Positions 29,729 to 39,479 of a stretch of DNA of 64,000 bases are shown here, in pieces (position 1 is the first letter of the stretch; each line of letters opens with the position of its first letter). The position numbers and the translations under genes are program-made. Under the pieces are notes generated by a model. That model searched no databases and had not been told where the DNA came from. It saw only the letters and a list, made by a program, of their open reading frames with translations. The DNA is taken from the NCBI GenBank assembly GCA_027490225.1, contig JAIXYK010000032.1:32418-96417 (forward strand). The letters run 5' to 3'. The DNA comes from Bacteroidota bacterium. GTDB taxonomy: Bacteria; Bacteroidota; Bacteroidia; M30B66.

Positions 29729-30325
29729 ATGTTTACAGGTATAATAGAGAGTTTGGGGCAAGTTTTATCAATAAATAAAAACCTGCAAAATGTAGATTTT
29801 TGGATCAGTGCCCCATTTTCGAATGAATTAAAAGTGGACCAAAGTCTCGCTCATAATGGAGTTTGCCTAACAGTTGTTGAAATTGATGGCGGTTCTTATA
29901 AAGTAACTGCAATAGATGAGACATTACAAAAATCAAATTTGGGAAATCTTCAAATAAACGATTTTGTGAATCTTGAGAGATGTATGGTTTTTAATGGCCG
30001 GATTGATGGGCATTTAGTACAAGGCCATGTTGATACCACAGCAAAAGTAACGCATATAAATGATGAGCAGGGAAGTTGGAGAATAGGTTTTGAATATGCT
30101 TCAAATACAAATCATATAACTGTAGAAAAAGGTTCAATATGTGTAAATGGAGTAAGCCTAACAGTTGTTAACTCTTCTATCAATTCATTTGAAGTAGCAA
30201 TTATTCCTTATACCTGGGAAAACACAACATTTAGATTTCTTAAAGTAAATGAAAAGGTAAACCTAGAATTCGATATCTTAGGAAAATATGTAGCTCGAAT
30301 TACAAGCTTACAAAATGTAAAATAA
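29729..30325 (+). CDS. ribE: riboflavin synthase alpha subunit
   Basis: MFTGIIESLGQV... and the duplicated lumazine-binding half-domains, colinear with E. coli RibC/RibE. Confidence 0.9.
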   Translation: MFTGIIESLGQVLSINKNLQNVDFWISAPFSNELKVDQSLAHNGVCLTVVEIDGGSYKVTAIDETLQKSNLGNLQINDFVNLERCMVFNGRIDGHLVQGHVDTTAKVTHINDEQGSWRIGFEYASNTNHITVEKGSICVNGVSLTVVNSSINSFEVAIIPYTWENTTFRFLKVNEKVNLEFDILGKYVARITSLQNVK

Positions 30326-30403
30326 AATTTCTATTTTCAAATCATTTAGCTTTTTTTAAACAAAGAAAAAGTTTAGTCGTTAAATGTTTAAATTAGTATC
30401 GAC

Positions 30404-31348
30404 GTGGATTATCTATTAGCTAAAGATTCGGTTTCAGGAGCAAACGCAACTTTCAATAAAGCCAAGTACTCAATAAAAGATTTAGAGAGACTTTCGGGCA
30501 TAAAAGCTCATACAATAAGGATTTGGGAACAACGCTATAACCTGCTTTCTCCCGTAAGAACTGATACTAACATTAGACTTTATACTGATGTTGAATTGAA
30601 GCAACTATTAAACATTGCTTCTTTGATAAAAGTTGGTGGTAAAATTTCGCATCTTAGTAAATTAACCAATGCCGAAATAGCCGAAAAAATAAATCTAACG
30701 CACGAGAAGCCGACAAATGAAGATGTTTATTTAAATTCTCAAGCAGATAATTTAGTTATCGCTATGGTGGATTTGAATGACCAACTTTTTGAATCGACCA
30801 TTAGCAATGCAAGCAAAAAATTCGGCTTTGAGAAAACCATGATTCATGTAATCATTCCTTTTTTAAGCAAAGTTGGAATTATGTGGAGAACAGGCGAAGT
30901 TGGCGTAATTCAGGAACATTTCATTAGCAATCTCATTCGTAGAAAAATGATTGTGGCTATAGATGAAGTGAGCAATTTACAAAACACATCCGACGACCTT
31001 TACTTGCTCTTTTTACCAGAAGGTGAATTGCATGAATTAGGACTTCTGTTTTCAAATTACCTTATAAAAAGCAAGGGCAAAAGAATTATTTACTTAGGAC
31101 AAACCGTTCCGTTTGATGATGTAATTAAGTTTTGCGAGCAATTCAATCCAAAATATTTACTTACCTTTTTTACTGCAGCATACAGTGCAGAAACCATCGA
31201 AAACTACATTTTAGATTTATTAAAGAACACAAATGAAACAACTTTATTAATTGCAGGAAATCAAATAAAAGAACGACCGGTGCTTGAAATGGATAGAGTA
31301 ATATCTTTAACCTCCCCTCAGGATCTTATTGCTGTGTTAGAAAAATAA
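30404..31348 (+). CDS. MerR-family light-sensing regulator with a C-terminal cobalamin-binding domain (LitR/CarH-like)
   Basis: The N-terminal MerR HTH is YSIKDLERLSGIKAHTIRIWEQRYNLL. The C-terminal B12-binding signature is E-x-H-x-x-G (EGELHELGLLF...RIIYLG). Confidence 0.75.
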   Translation: MDYLLAKDSVSGANATFNKAKYSIKDLERLSGIKAHTIRIWEQRYNLLSPVRTDTNIRLYTDVELKQLLNIASLIKVGGKISHLSKLTNAEIAEKINLTHEKPTNEDVYLNSQADNLVIAMVDLNDQLFESTISNASKKFGFEKTMIHVIIPFLSKVGIMWRTGEVGVIQEHFISNLIRRKMIVAIDEVSNLQNTSDDLYLLFLPEGELHELGLLFSNYLIKSKGKRIIYLGQTVPFDDVIKFCEQFNPKYLLTFFTAAYSAETIENYILDLLKNTNETTLLIAGNQIKERPVLEMDRVISLTSPQDLIAVLEK

Positions 31349-31401
31349 ATTATCTGCACTTTACTTATCTAAAATAAATTTTTTCTTAATAAATACAGTA
31401 T

Positions 31402-31440
31402 TGGCGCTACTTTCCAAGTGGCGCCATTTTTATTATTGAA
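31402..31440 (+). terminator. rho-independent terminator after the LitR-like gene
   Basis: GGCGCTACTT-tcc-AAGTGGCGCC stem (one mismatch) followed by ATTTTTATT. Confidence 0.65.
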
Positions 31441-31452
31441 ATTATGAAAATA

Positions 31453-31501
31453 ATTTTTGTTTAATGTTAAAATATATTTGTTAAACAAATTTTTGTTTAA
31501 T
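31453..31501 (+). promoter_or_regulatory. promoter/operator region with a 13-nt direct repeat ATTTTTGTTTAAT x2 flanking a TATATTTG -7 element
   Basis: The repeat copies lie at ~31453-31465 and ~31489-31501. TATATTTG at ~31474-31481 fits the Bacteroidota -7 consensus, and a TTTG ~20 nt upstream fits -33. Confidence 0.45.
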
Positions 31502-31531
31502 ACATTTGTCGAAACATTAAACATCACACCT

Positions 31532-32041
31532 ATGTCAGCTCAAGATTTTCAAACGGAAGTAATTAGTCTTAGTAAACCACTAAAGTATTTTGCACTTAAT
31601 TTGACTTCAAATGATGAAGATGCAAAAGACTTGTTGCAAGAAACATTGTTTAAAGCAATAAGTAACCGACATAGGTTTATCGAAAAAACAAACTTAAAAG
31701 CTTGGTGCTACACCATAATGAAGAATATCTTCATAAATAACTACCGCAGAACAGTAAAAGCAAATACAATAGTAGATAATACTAAAGATTTATATTTTCT
31801 TAATATACCTCAACAATCAAGTTCATTTGCCCCAGAATCTAAATATTCTGAACGTGAAATATTAAAGAAAGTAGATAGTCTTGAAAATGAATACAAAATA
31901 CCGTTTACAATGTATTTCGATGGGTATAAATACAAAGAAATTGCGGATTATTTAGATTTACCAATCGGTACAGTAAAAAGCAGAATATTTCTTGCTAGAA
32001 AGCAATTGATGACCATGTTAAAAGGATATTCGGCGGCTTAG
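31532..32041 (+). CDS. ECF-type RNA polymerase sigma factor (LitS/CarQ-like position)
   Basis: Sigma-70 region-2-like (LLQETLFKAI...AWCYTIMKNIFINNYRR) and region-4-like (EIADYLDLPIGTVKSRIFLARKQL) segments are present. I prefer the start at MSAQDF, because the track start at 31457 lies inside the predicted promoter. Confidence 0.75.
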   Translation: MSAQDFQTEVISLSKPLKYFALNLTSNDEDAKDLLQETLFKAISNRHRFIEKTNLKAWCYTIMKNIFINNYRRTVKANTIVDNTKDLYFLNIPQQSSSFAPESKYSEREILKKVDSLENEYKIPFTMYFDGYKYKEIADYLDLPIGTVKSRIFLARKQLMTMLKGYSAA

Positions 32042-32068
32042 CAGTAAGATTGAACTTTATGCTTATTT

Positions 32069-32938
32069 TTGCTGTTACAATATTCTATGTCATCTTCAAA
32101 TTCGCTAGACAGGTACAATTTAGTATGTTCAAAATGCAGCAAGCTAACAACTCAACAGTATAGCACCTCATTTACTCTCGGAATACGTTCTCTAGCTAAA
32201 GAATACCACAATCCTATCTATGCAATTTATGGTTTTGTGAGATTCGCAGATGAAATTGTTGACACTTTCGATAGAACTGATAAATCTGAATTACTCTCGA
32301 AATTCAAAGCAGACACCTACGAAGCAATTGAGAAAAAAATTAGTTTAAATCCAATCTTACATAGTTTTCAAGAAGTGGTGAATAAATATCACATTGAAAA
32401 TGAACTAATTGAAACATTTCTACAAAGCATGGAAATGGATTTAAATGAAAAAGGCTATTCCCAATCTTTATACGAAAAATATATTCTGGGCTCAGCAGAA
32501 GTGGTTGGCTTAATGTGCTTAAGGGTTTTTTGTAATGGCAACAAAGAACAATTTGAAAGCCTAAAGTTTCCTGCTATGCGTTTGGGTTCCGCATTTCAAA
32601 AAATCAATTTTCTTAGAGACCTAAAAGATGATTACAACGAACTTGGAAGAACATATTTTCCAGGTTTAGAAATGAGCGAGTTTAACGATAAATCAAAGTC
32701 TGACATAGAAAAAGACATAGAAACCGATTTTAAAGATGGTTATTTAGGTATTAAGTCTTTACCAAAAGGCGCAAGGCTGGGTGTATATGTAGCTTACGTT
32801 TACTATTACGCACTTTTCAAGAAAATTAAAAGAACCTCCCCACAAATTGTCTTGAATGAAAGAGTCAGAATTCCGAACTTTTACAAGTATTTTCTAATTC
32901 TTCGTTCATTGTTTAAACATTCTTTGAACCTTATATAA
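32069..32938 (+). CDS. crtB: phytoene synthase
   Basis: Both squalene/phytoene synthase signatures are present: YGFVRFADEIVDTFD and GSAFQKINFLRDLKDD. Confidence 0.85.
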   Translation: MLLQYSMSSSNSLDRYNLVCSKCSKLTTQQYSTSFTLGIRSLAKEYHNPIYAIYGFVRFADEIVDTFDRTDKSELLSKFKADTYEAIEKKISLNPILHSFQEVVNKYHIENELIETFLQSMEMDLNEKGYSQSLYEKYILGSAEVVGLMCLRVFCNGNKEQFESLKFPAMRLGSAFQKINFLRDLKDDYNELGRTYFPGLEMSEFNDKSKSDIEKDIETDFKDGYLGIKSLPKGARLGVYVAYVYYYALFKKIKRTSPQIVLNERVRIPNFYKYFLILRSLFKHSLNLI

Positions 32939-32974
32939 ACAATTTAATTGTAAATCAGTTTAGTATAGATAATT

Positions 32975-33826
32975 ATGGATACTTTAAACTTATCGGTTAC
33001 AATTGATAACAACTCGGGATTTTGCTTTGGAGTAGTTTATGCCATAGAAATGGCAGAAGATGTATTAGATGAAAGAGGTTATTTGTACTGTTTAGGAGAT
33101 ATTGTTCACAATGATGAAGAAGTAAATAGGCTAAAAGCAAAAGGTTTAAGAATTATAGACCATGAAACTTTTGCAACACTCAACAATGAGCATGTTTTAA
33201 TCCGTGCACATGGAGAACCGCCCTCCACATACGAAACAGCCATTAAAAATAATATCAACCTGATAGATGCAACTTGTCCTGTTGTATTAAAATTGCAAAA
33301 TAGAATCAGAGGCTCTTACGATAAAAAAGAAACAATCTTTCTTATGGGGAAGAAAGGACATGCCGAAGTAACTGGACTAATGGGGCAAATAAACAATGAA
33401 GGAATTGTGTTTTCGGATATTGAAGAACTAAACGATACTGAACTACCTGAAGAAATTACTTTGTATACACAAACTACTAAGAGTAAACAGAAGTTCAAAG
33501 AAACCAAAGAAGCACTTCAAGCTAAAGGTATCAAGGTAAATGCCCATGATACAATTTGCAGTCAAGTAAGCGACCGCGACATTGAGCTCAGGACTTTTGC
33601 ACGTTCTTATGATAAAATATTATTTGTCGGAGGAACAAAATCTTCCAACGGACGTGTTTTGTATAACGTTTGTAAAGAGCAGAATCCGAATTCCTTTTTC
33701 GTAAGTAATTTAAATGAGGTTCAAAAAGAATGGTTTCAAAAGAATGAAACAGTTGGTATTTGTGGAGCTACAAGCACGCCTCTTTGGTTAATGCAAGATG
33801 TTCAGAAGGCGCTTTTGAGTTATTAA
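32975..33826 (+). CDS. ispH: 4-hydroxy-3-methylbut-2-enyl diphosphate reductase
   Basis: LytB/IspH family: ...GFCFGVVYAIEMA..., ...IVHNDEEV..., and the three conserved Cys in their expected spacing (C17, C101, ~C195). Confidence 0.9.
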   Translation: MDTLNLSVTIDNNSGFCFGVVYAIEMAEDVLDERGYLYCLGDIVHNDEEVNRLKAKGLRIIDHETFATLNNEHVLIRAHGEPPSTYETAIKNNINLIDATCPVVLKLQNRIRGSYDKKETIFLMGKKGHAEVTGLMGQINNEGIVFSDIEELNDTELPEEITLYTQTTKSKQKFKETKEALQAKGIKVNAHDTICSQVSDRDIELRTFARSYDKILFVGGTKSSNGRVLYNVCKEQNPNSFFVSNLNEVQKEWFQKNETVGICGATSTPLWLMQDVQKALLSY

Positions 33827-33828
33827 TG

Positions 33829-34272
33829 ATGGCTAAGATTAATATTAGCACCAGAATACTTAATGCCAATTACAATATTGTTTATGCTAAATTTGATAAG
33901 GCACTTTTTTTAAAATTAGCTCCTCCTTTTCCTAAAGTTACATTGCTTCAATTTGATGGTTGCATCAAAGGAGATTTTGTGAAGCTTCAACTAAATTTCC
34001 CATTATTTAAGCAAACCTGGGAATCTGAAATCATTGACAACGGCTCAGAAAAACAAAGTATTTGGTTTATAGATAAAGGCACAAAACTTCCTTTTTTTAT
34101 AAGTAAATGGCAACATCACCATCTTATTAAACAAGATGAAAATGATGTAGTAATTGTTGATTCAATTCAGTTTTACAGCCATAATTGGTTCTTAACTTTG
34201 TTGTTTTACCCAATTATTTATTTGCAATTTCTTTACAGAATTCCAATTTACAAAAGCTTAAACAAACCGTAA
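33829..34272 (+). CDS. hypothetical protein, possibly SRPBCC/Bet v1-like
   Basis: ~148 aa with alternating beta/alpha hydrophobic periodicity. I start it at MMAKINIS rather than at the track start, which overlaps ispH. Confidence 0.4.
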   Translation: MAKINISTRILNANYNIVYAKFDKALFLKLAPPFPKVTLLQFDGCIKGDFVKLQLNFPLFKQTWESEIIDNGSEKQSIWFIDKGTKLPFFISKWQHHHLIKQDENDVVIVDSIQFYSHNWFLTLLFYPIIYLQFLYRIPIYKSLNKP

Positions 34273-34275
34273 TAA

Positions 34276-34863
34276 TTACCAGATAATTTCAGCAACAGCA
34301 CAGGTTTCCCACTTTTTATGAGCATGAACACTCAATCCAATTTTATTATAAGTTGGGTCTAAAACAATGTTTCTGTGCCCAAGACTTGGAACGCCGTCAT
34401 CTAATAACCATTGCATAGCAACATCTTTTCCGCTTTGCATTCCATAAGAAATACATTCGGCAAAATTCTTTTTGGGGCAAAGCTTTCGTTGGTGACCTAC
34501 ACCTCCACTTTTGCCAGTTTCTTCAGAAAAACATTTTGCATTCTCGTATAAATCGCTGTCAAAGTTAAGTGCCTTCATGCTTTCTAGCGTTCCGAGCTTC
34601 TTCTTGAGTGACTTTAAATAAGTATTGCTTTTTTCAATTTTTGCATAACCAGCAGGTCCGCTATAATTTTCTACAACGAAAAGTAAAAATAACTTTGGAT
34701 AAAGCCTTGCAAGATTAACATACAATATGGCTTCCTTCTCTGTTTCAGTTAGATATGGTACAGATTGCGCGGTGTTTGCCTCTTTATACTGCTCTGCTGA
34801 GAAATCTTGCGCATGATTTAATTGATAAACATAAAGAAGCAAAATGGTCACATAAACTTTCAT
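34276..34863 (-). CDS. secreted CAP/SCP/PR-1-like domain protein
   Basis: Signal peptide; GHQRKLCPKK...GHRNIVLDPTYNKIGLSVHA resembles the CAP motifs GHYTQ(V/M)VW...VGCA. Confidence 0.5.
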   Translation of the reverse strand: MKVYVTILLLYVYQLNHAQDFSAEQYKEANTAQSVPYLTETEKEAILYVNLARLYPKLFLLFVVENYSGPAGYAKIEKSNTYLKSLKKKLGTLESMKALNFDSDLYENAKCFSEETGKSGGVGHQRKLCPKKNFAECISYGMQSGKDVAMQWLLDDGVPSLGHRNIVLDPTYNKIGLSVHAHKKWETCAVAEIIW

Positions 34864-34924
34864 TTACACAAAACGAAGCTCGCTTAAGCGAAGTATTAGT
34901 GCCTGAAATTTATTTCTGAATGAA

Positions 34925-37309
34925 TTAATGCTGGATAATTAGTTTTTGTGTTTCAGCAAATCCTTCCTTATTCAGAAGTTGAACAAAATAAATTCCATTG
35001 GACAAATCTGAAGTTTCAACATTTACAGAACCATTGCTTGAGTTAAATAATAAAATTAATTTCCCTGAAACATCTAATATTTTCCCTTTAAACTCGCCCG
35101 ATTTACAAGAAACTTGAAACACGCTATTACTCGGATTTGGAAAAATGTCAAAACCAGTTTCATTCATTTCTTCTAAACTCTCGGGTGTATTTTTTATACC
35201 ATACAATTGAACATCATCGATATAAATACCATCCAATTCTGAAAATTGATCTGAAACAAAATGATACCTTATTCTTATCTTTTCTCCAGCATATTGTTTC
35301 AAAGATATACTTTCGTTTCTCCATAACCGGGTTCTGTCTTCATAATTTGGCTCAGCATCAACTCCATCAAAATTCTCGTGGATTGAAGTGTATTCTGCGC
35401 ACAATTTCTCCCAGACTCCGTTTTCTCTTTTAATTTGAACGGATGCAATATCATAGTATTGCTCAGTGAACCACCAAACCCAGTAATCTAATCGAGCATC
35501 TATAAAATCAGTTAAATCAATCTCATTTTCAAATTCCATCGAACTTTCTTCATTAGAAAGGTAAGGCGAAAAAGGCGAATCTGTTAATGAAAATGGTGCA
35601 GAATGATATCTTTCTGATGTTGTGCTCCATAACTGAGTATTGGCTTCGCTCACCCAATTATTTCCATTTTCAATACTATCATTAATTAAGTAAATAGGTT
35701 GCCCAAAAATATGGGTAATTGTATCTCTCCAGAAATTCCCATTAACCTGCACCAACCAAACGTATTTAATGGTGTCTCCAGCTTGTAAACTTGGAGGTAA
35801 TGCATAAGAAACAGAATGGCCCGAAGTGTCAAATCTCGTAGGAGAATTTATAATTACAGGAGAAAAATCTGTAAATGAGATGTTGCTAATTCCAATTGCT
35901 TCAACTGTAAAGTTTCCTGATGTATTTCCAAGGGAAACAAATCTAAATGGCAAAGTCCCATTTGTTCCAGGTGGAATATAGTAAGGAGCGTCATCTATAA
36001 TTTCAGCATAACTAAGCGCAAGTTTTAATGTTTTTAGATTCATAAAAACTTCATTTGCACTGGCTGGAATTATTACTTCGGCTGGAGGCCAAAAACCATA
36101 AAACGGTTCTCCGAACTCAGGTGTAAAAGCAAAAACTGCAGGCTTTGTAGTTGTGTCTCCATACATCCAATCATCTGAACCGCCATTTCCGGTATAATAG
36201 ATTGTTTCGGGAACAGTGCCATAATAAAAGTGGTTTTCTGCGCACATTGCTTCTGAAAGATTTCGAAATGTAACAGAGTCTGGGCATTGAGCATTCTCTA
36301 AATTCCCATAAGGATATATTAAAACATTACTAAATGAGTGGTTATTAATAGCATAGATAAATTGGTGTTGTTCTGTAAATAATTTCATCAACCTTGTTTC
36401 TGGTTCAGAAAAAGGAGCAGTACCTCTATATGTTTGTTGATCTGCAAATGGAGAAGAACCAAAATCATCAAAACCCCAGAATTTTCCATAATTCCTATTC
36501 AAGTCAACTCCAAAAGAGCCGTCACCATTATTTCTTCTGTTTTTTCTCCACAAGCCACCTCCGCCTGGTTCTGATACTTCGTTATATACATAACCATCAG
36601 GATTTACACAGGGTACGATGTATAACTCTGTTTGATCTAAAATTTGTTTGATTTCTAAATCATTCTCGTAGTTTTCAAGAAGATACCAAGTAAAAAATAT
36701 CAATTGAGAAACAGATAATGGCTCACGAGAATGGTGCAAAGAACTCATCAAGACTTTTGGTTCATTCGGCTCATCTGAATTCGGATTATCAGAAACGCGA
36801 ACCCAATTTACAGTTCTATTTTCTAAGGTTAACAATGTATCTGAAATTGGGCTTAATTCCGAAATCAATTGCGGATATTGCTGATGCATTGCATTAAAAT
36901 TATCGAGAATTTCCTGATAACTGTAAAAACCTGATTGACTTCCTTCTTGAAAATTTACTGGTGTTTTTACCTTTTTTAATCCACATTCGTCTTGAATTGC
37001 CCTGCTTTTCTCAAAATCTCCTTTTTTATACAACGACCTGTAATAGCTGCTTACATCTTCAATTAAAATAGAAGTTTCAAAACCAGCATTTGCTATTTTA
37101 AGCAATTCATTTTCCGAAAAATCTGAGATAAAAGAATGACCTTGACGCAACATTCCATGGTCAGTTTCTATACCTAAAGCTGCAAGTTTTTGAATTGGTT
37201 CTTGTTTCAGAAATATCTCAGCTCTGTGATACTTTTCAACCTGAGCTGTTAAGATTGTTGCGCAACTTATTACAAAAAAAACTATTAAAACAGTCCGTTT
37301 CATTTCCAT
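34925..37309 (-). CDS. M14-family zinc carboxypeptidase with a C-terminal T9SS type-A sorting domain
   Basis: Signal peptide, the M14 Zn-binding motif HHSREP (HxxE) and a C-terminal ~80 aa ending ...GIYFVQLLNKEGFAETQKLIIQH, typical of Por_Secre_tail. Confidence 0.8.
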   Translation of the reverse strand: MEMKRTVLIVFFVISCATILTAQVEKYHRAEIFLKQEPIQKLAALGIETDHGMLRQGHSFISDFSENELLKIANAGFETSILIEDVSSYYRSLYKKGDFEKSRAIQDECGLKKVKTPVNFQEGSQSGFYSYQEILDNFNAMHQQYPQLISELSPISDTLLTLENRTVNWVRVSDNPNSDEPNEPKVLMSSLHHSREPLSVSQLIFFTWYLLENYENDLEIKQILDQTELYIVPCVNPDGYVYNEVSEPGGGGLWRKNRRNNGDGSFGVDLNRNYGKFWGFDDFGSSPFADQQTYRGTAPFSEPETRLMKLFTEQHQFIYAINNHSFSNVLIYPYGNLENAQCPDSVTFRNLSEAMCAENHFYYGTVPETIYYTGNGGSDDWMYGDTTTKPAVFAFTPEFGEPFYGFWPPAEVIIPASANEVFMNLKTLKLALSYAEIIDDAPYYIPPGTNGTLPFRFVSLGNTSGNFTVEAIGISNISFTDFSPVIINSPTRFDTSGHSVSYALPPSLQAGDTIKYVWLVQVNGNFWRDTITHIFGQPIYLINDSIENGNNWVSEANTQLWSTTSERYHSAPFSLTDSPFSPYLSNEESSMEFENEIDLTDFIDARLDYWVWWFTEQYYDIASVQIKRENGVWEKLCAEYTSIHENFDGVDAEPNYEDRTRLWRNESISLKQYAGEKIRIRYHFVSDQFSELDGIYIDDVQLYGIKNTPESLEEMNETGFDIFPNPSNSVFQVSCKSGEFKGKILDVSGKLILLFNSSNGSVNVETSDLSNGIYFVQLLNKEGFAETQKLIIQH

Positions 37310-37872
37310 TTAAATGTTTCGATTAAGTGATTGATGTCTTTTCTTACAAAATCTAAAGAAGGCGCCAGAGAATCAGAATTTGGTTCTGCATAAAAATAAA
37401 GTGAGCCTCTTAAAAAATAGCGAGTACTATCTGTAACATGAAATTGTAAGGAAGATGCTGCTTCCCCGCCAATCTCATAAAGCATCCCGTAAACTTTTTC
37501 CGATTTGTTTTCAATGGGATATTCTCCTATTCCACTTGCCTTTACAGAATGCTTGTATGCCATTTTGCGAGATTCTTCTAAATACTCGGCTGCATTATTA
37601 TTCAATTCCTTAAAGCTGATATGTATTTTAGCTTTAAGCTTACCAAAATCAATATTTATATAACATTTCTCATTGTTTCTTCCGGTAGGTAACTCAATTT
37701 TAGAATAAGTTGGAAATTCGAATGTGTAAGGACATTCAATGTTGAGTTGTTGGTAATTTTTTTGAGGGAAATCAATCCTATAGTACCCGCGTGGCTTGGG
37801 AATTTCTGTTGTTTCTTCTCCACAGGAAATGCATGAAACAAAAAATAAAATGTAAAAAAAAGACCTAATCAT
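37300..37872 (-). CDS. gldD: probable gliding-motility lipoprotein GldD
   Basis: 190-aa lipoprotein (lipobox FVSCISC) immediately downstream of ssb, preceded by mutY. This is the genomic context in which gldD sits in Flavobacterium johnsoniae, and the size matches GldD. No recognisable sequence motif was checked. Confidence 0.5.
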   Translation of the reverse strand: MIRSFFYILFFVSCISCGEETTEIPKPRGYYRIDFPQKNYQQLNIECPYTFEFPTYSKIELPTGRNNEKCYINIDFGKLKAKIHISFKELNNNAAEYLEESRKMAYKHSVKASGIGEYPIENKSEKVYGMLYEIGGEAASSLQFHVTDSTRYFLRGSLYFYAEPNSDSLAPSLDFVRKDINHLIETFKWK

Positions 37873-37928
37873 TTAAAATAAATATTAGGTCAATATTAAG
37901 CATACTTTTGGAAAGTGCTTATGAAATG

Positions 37929-38351
37929 CTAATAATTATCATCAAACATTTCCTCTTCTTCATTATTATGTTGATTGCTTGCATCATCTCTTCTTCCTGT
38001 AAGAACAGTTAAGGTATCTGCCACAATTTCAACGGAGTATCTCTTTATTTTATCTTTATCTTCCCAAGTTCTGGAACGAAGTTTCCCTTCAATATATACA
38101 AGCGCGCCTTTTCGAACAATTTTTTCTGAAACCTCTGCCAAACCTCGCCATAAAACAATGTTGTGCCATTCTGTTTGTTCAAACCTGTTTCCGTCTTTCT
38201 TATAAATTTCTGTAGTTGCCAATGGAAAATTTGCAACTCTCACTCCATTCTCTAAAACCTTAATCTCAGGATCCTTACCAACATTCCCTATAAGAATTAC
38301 CTTATTCACACCTGCCATAGTACAAAACTTTATAGACCTTACTAACCACAA
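37929..38351 (-). CDS. ssb: single-stranded DNA-binding protein
   Basis: OB-fold N-terminus MAGVNKVILIGNVGKDPE... (likely true start) and an acidic C-terminal tail EEEMFDDNY. Confidence 0.9.
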   Translation of the reverse strand: MWLVRSIKFCTMAGVNKVILIGNVGKDPEIKVLENGVRVANFPLATTEIYKKDGNRFEQTEWHNIVLWRGLAEVSEKIVRKGALVYIEGKLRSRTWEDKDKIKRYSVEIVADTLTVLTGRRDDASNQHNNEEEEMFDDNY

Positions 38352-38405
38352 TAGTTAATAATGAAAACAGTAAACGCTTAAAAATAAATTTTGTTCAATG
38401 CCTAT

Positions 38406-39479
38406 TTAAATTTCATTTTTTGTTACCCCGTCAATAAATTTTTGAACTTCATTCTTCTCTAAAAATCTAGAAATCAATCTTGGAAAGGCTTTGGTATTTG
38501 CATTTAACCAAGGTTCTTTTTCAAATGAATGTAGAACTTTATTTGAAAATTCATTCACCAAACCAATTGTAAAAGTTGCATAAATATGCTGGTGAGTTAG
38601 TATGTGTTTTGTTGGTTCAAATTCCCTTTTAATCAGAAAATGAAATGATTCCAAATTCAATTCTCCGCTAACCACATTAAAATCGTCTTTAATTAAAACA
38701 AACTCATAAAGGCTTTCCCAAATATCGTTCTTATCGCGCTTTCTAATTAAAAAATTTGCATTGATATCAAACACCAATAAATAATGTAAGTTTCTAATAC
38801 CGACTTTAACTTTCTTCTCTTTAATTGGAAGTTCCTTTACCAGTTTATTTTTGATGGCAAAACATGTTTCATTAAATATGCAAGCATCACAAAAGGGGTT
38901 TTGAGGTTTGCATACCATTGCTCCAAATTCCATCATTGCCTGATTGAATGTTCCTGGATTTTTTTTATCTAAAATTTCATCTGCAATTTTTTGAAATTCT
39001 TTCTTTCCGATTGTTGAATCTATTGGAGTTTTAATGCCAAAATATCTGGAAATGAAACGATAAACATTGCCATCAACAACCGCTTTGGGCTCGTTAAATG
39101 CAAAGCTAGCAATAGCTGCAGCAGTATAGGTTCCAACGCCTTTTAATAGCAGTATTTCATTATAATTATCTGGGAATTTGCCATCAAATTGTTGTACTAT
39201 TTGTTTGGCTGCGAAATGCAAATTCCTGGCTCTTGAGTAATAGCCCAAACCTTGCCAGGTGCGCATTACTAAATCTTCGGGAGCTGCTGCTAAAGACTGC
39301 ACATCAGGAAACAGTGTTACAAATTTTAAATAATACTCCATACCCTGATCAACCCTGGTTTGCTGTAGTATTATTTCAGACAACCAAATATGATATGGAT
39401 TAGAAGTATTCCTCCAGGGTAAATCTCGTTTATTGAGATTATACCAAGTTAATAGTGGGTGAATTATGGGGTGAATCAT
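38406..39479 (-). CDS. mutY: A/G-specific adenine DNA glycosylase
   Basis: HhH-GPD domain, a [4Fe-4S] cysteine cluster (C..C..C...C) and a C-terminal NUDIX-like domain. Confidence 0.85.
   Translation of the reverse strand: MIHPIIHPLLTWYNLNKRDLPWRNTSNPYHIWLSEIILQQTRVDQGMEYYLKFVTLFPDVQSLAAAPEDLVMRTWQGLGYYSRARNLHFAAKQIVQQFDGKFPDNYNEILLLKGVGTYTAAAIASFAFNEPKAVVDGNVYRFISRYFGIKTPIDSTIGKKEFQKIADEILDKKNPGTFNQAMMEFGAMVCKPQNPFCDACIFNETCFAIKNKLVKELPIKEKKVKVGIRNLHYLLVFDINANFLIRKRDKNDIWESLYEFVLIKDDFNVVSGELNLESFHFLIKREFEPTKHILTHQHIYATFTIGLVNEFSNKVLHSFEKEPWLNANTKAFPRLISRFLEKNEVQKFIDGVTKNEI

Noticed and set aside
31457-31531. Upstream start (MFNVKIYLL...) for the ECF sigma factor
   Set aside because: It falls inside the direct-repeat and -7 promoter region; MSAQDF at 31532 gives a normal sigma-factor N-terminus.
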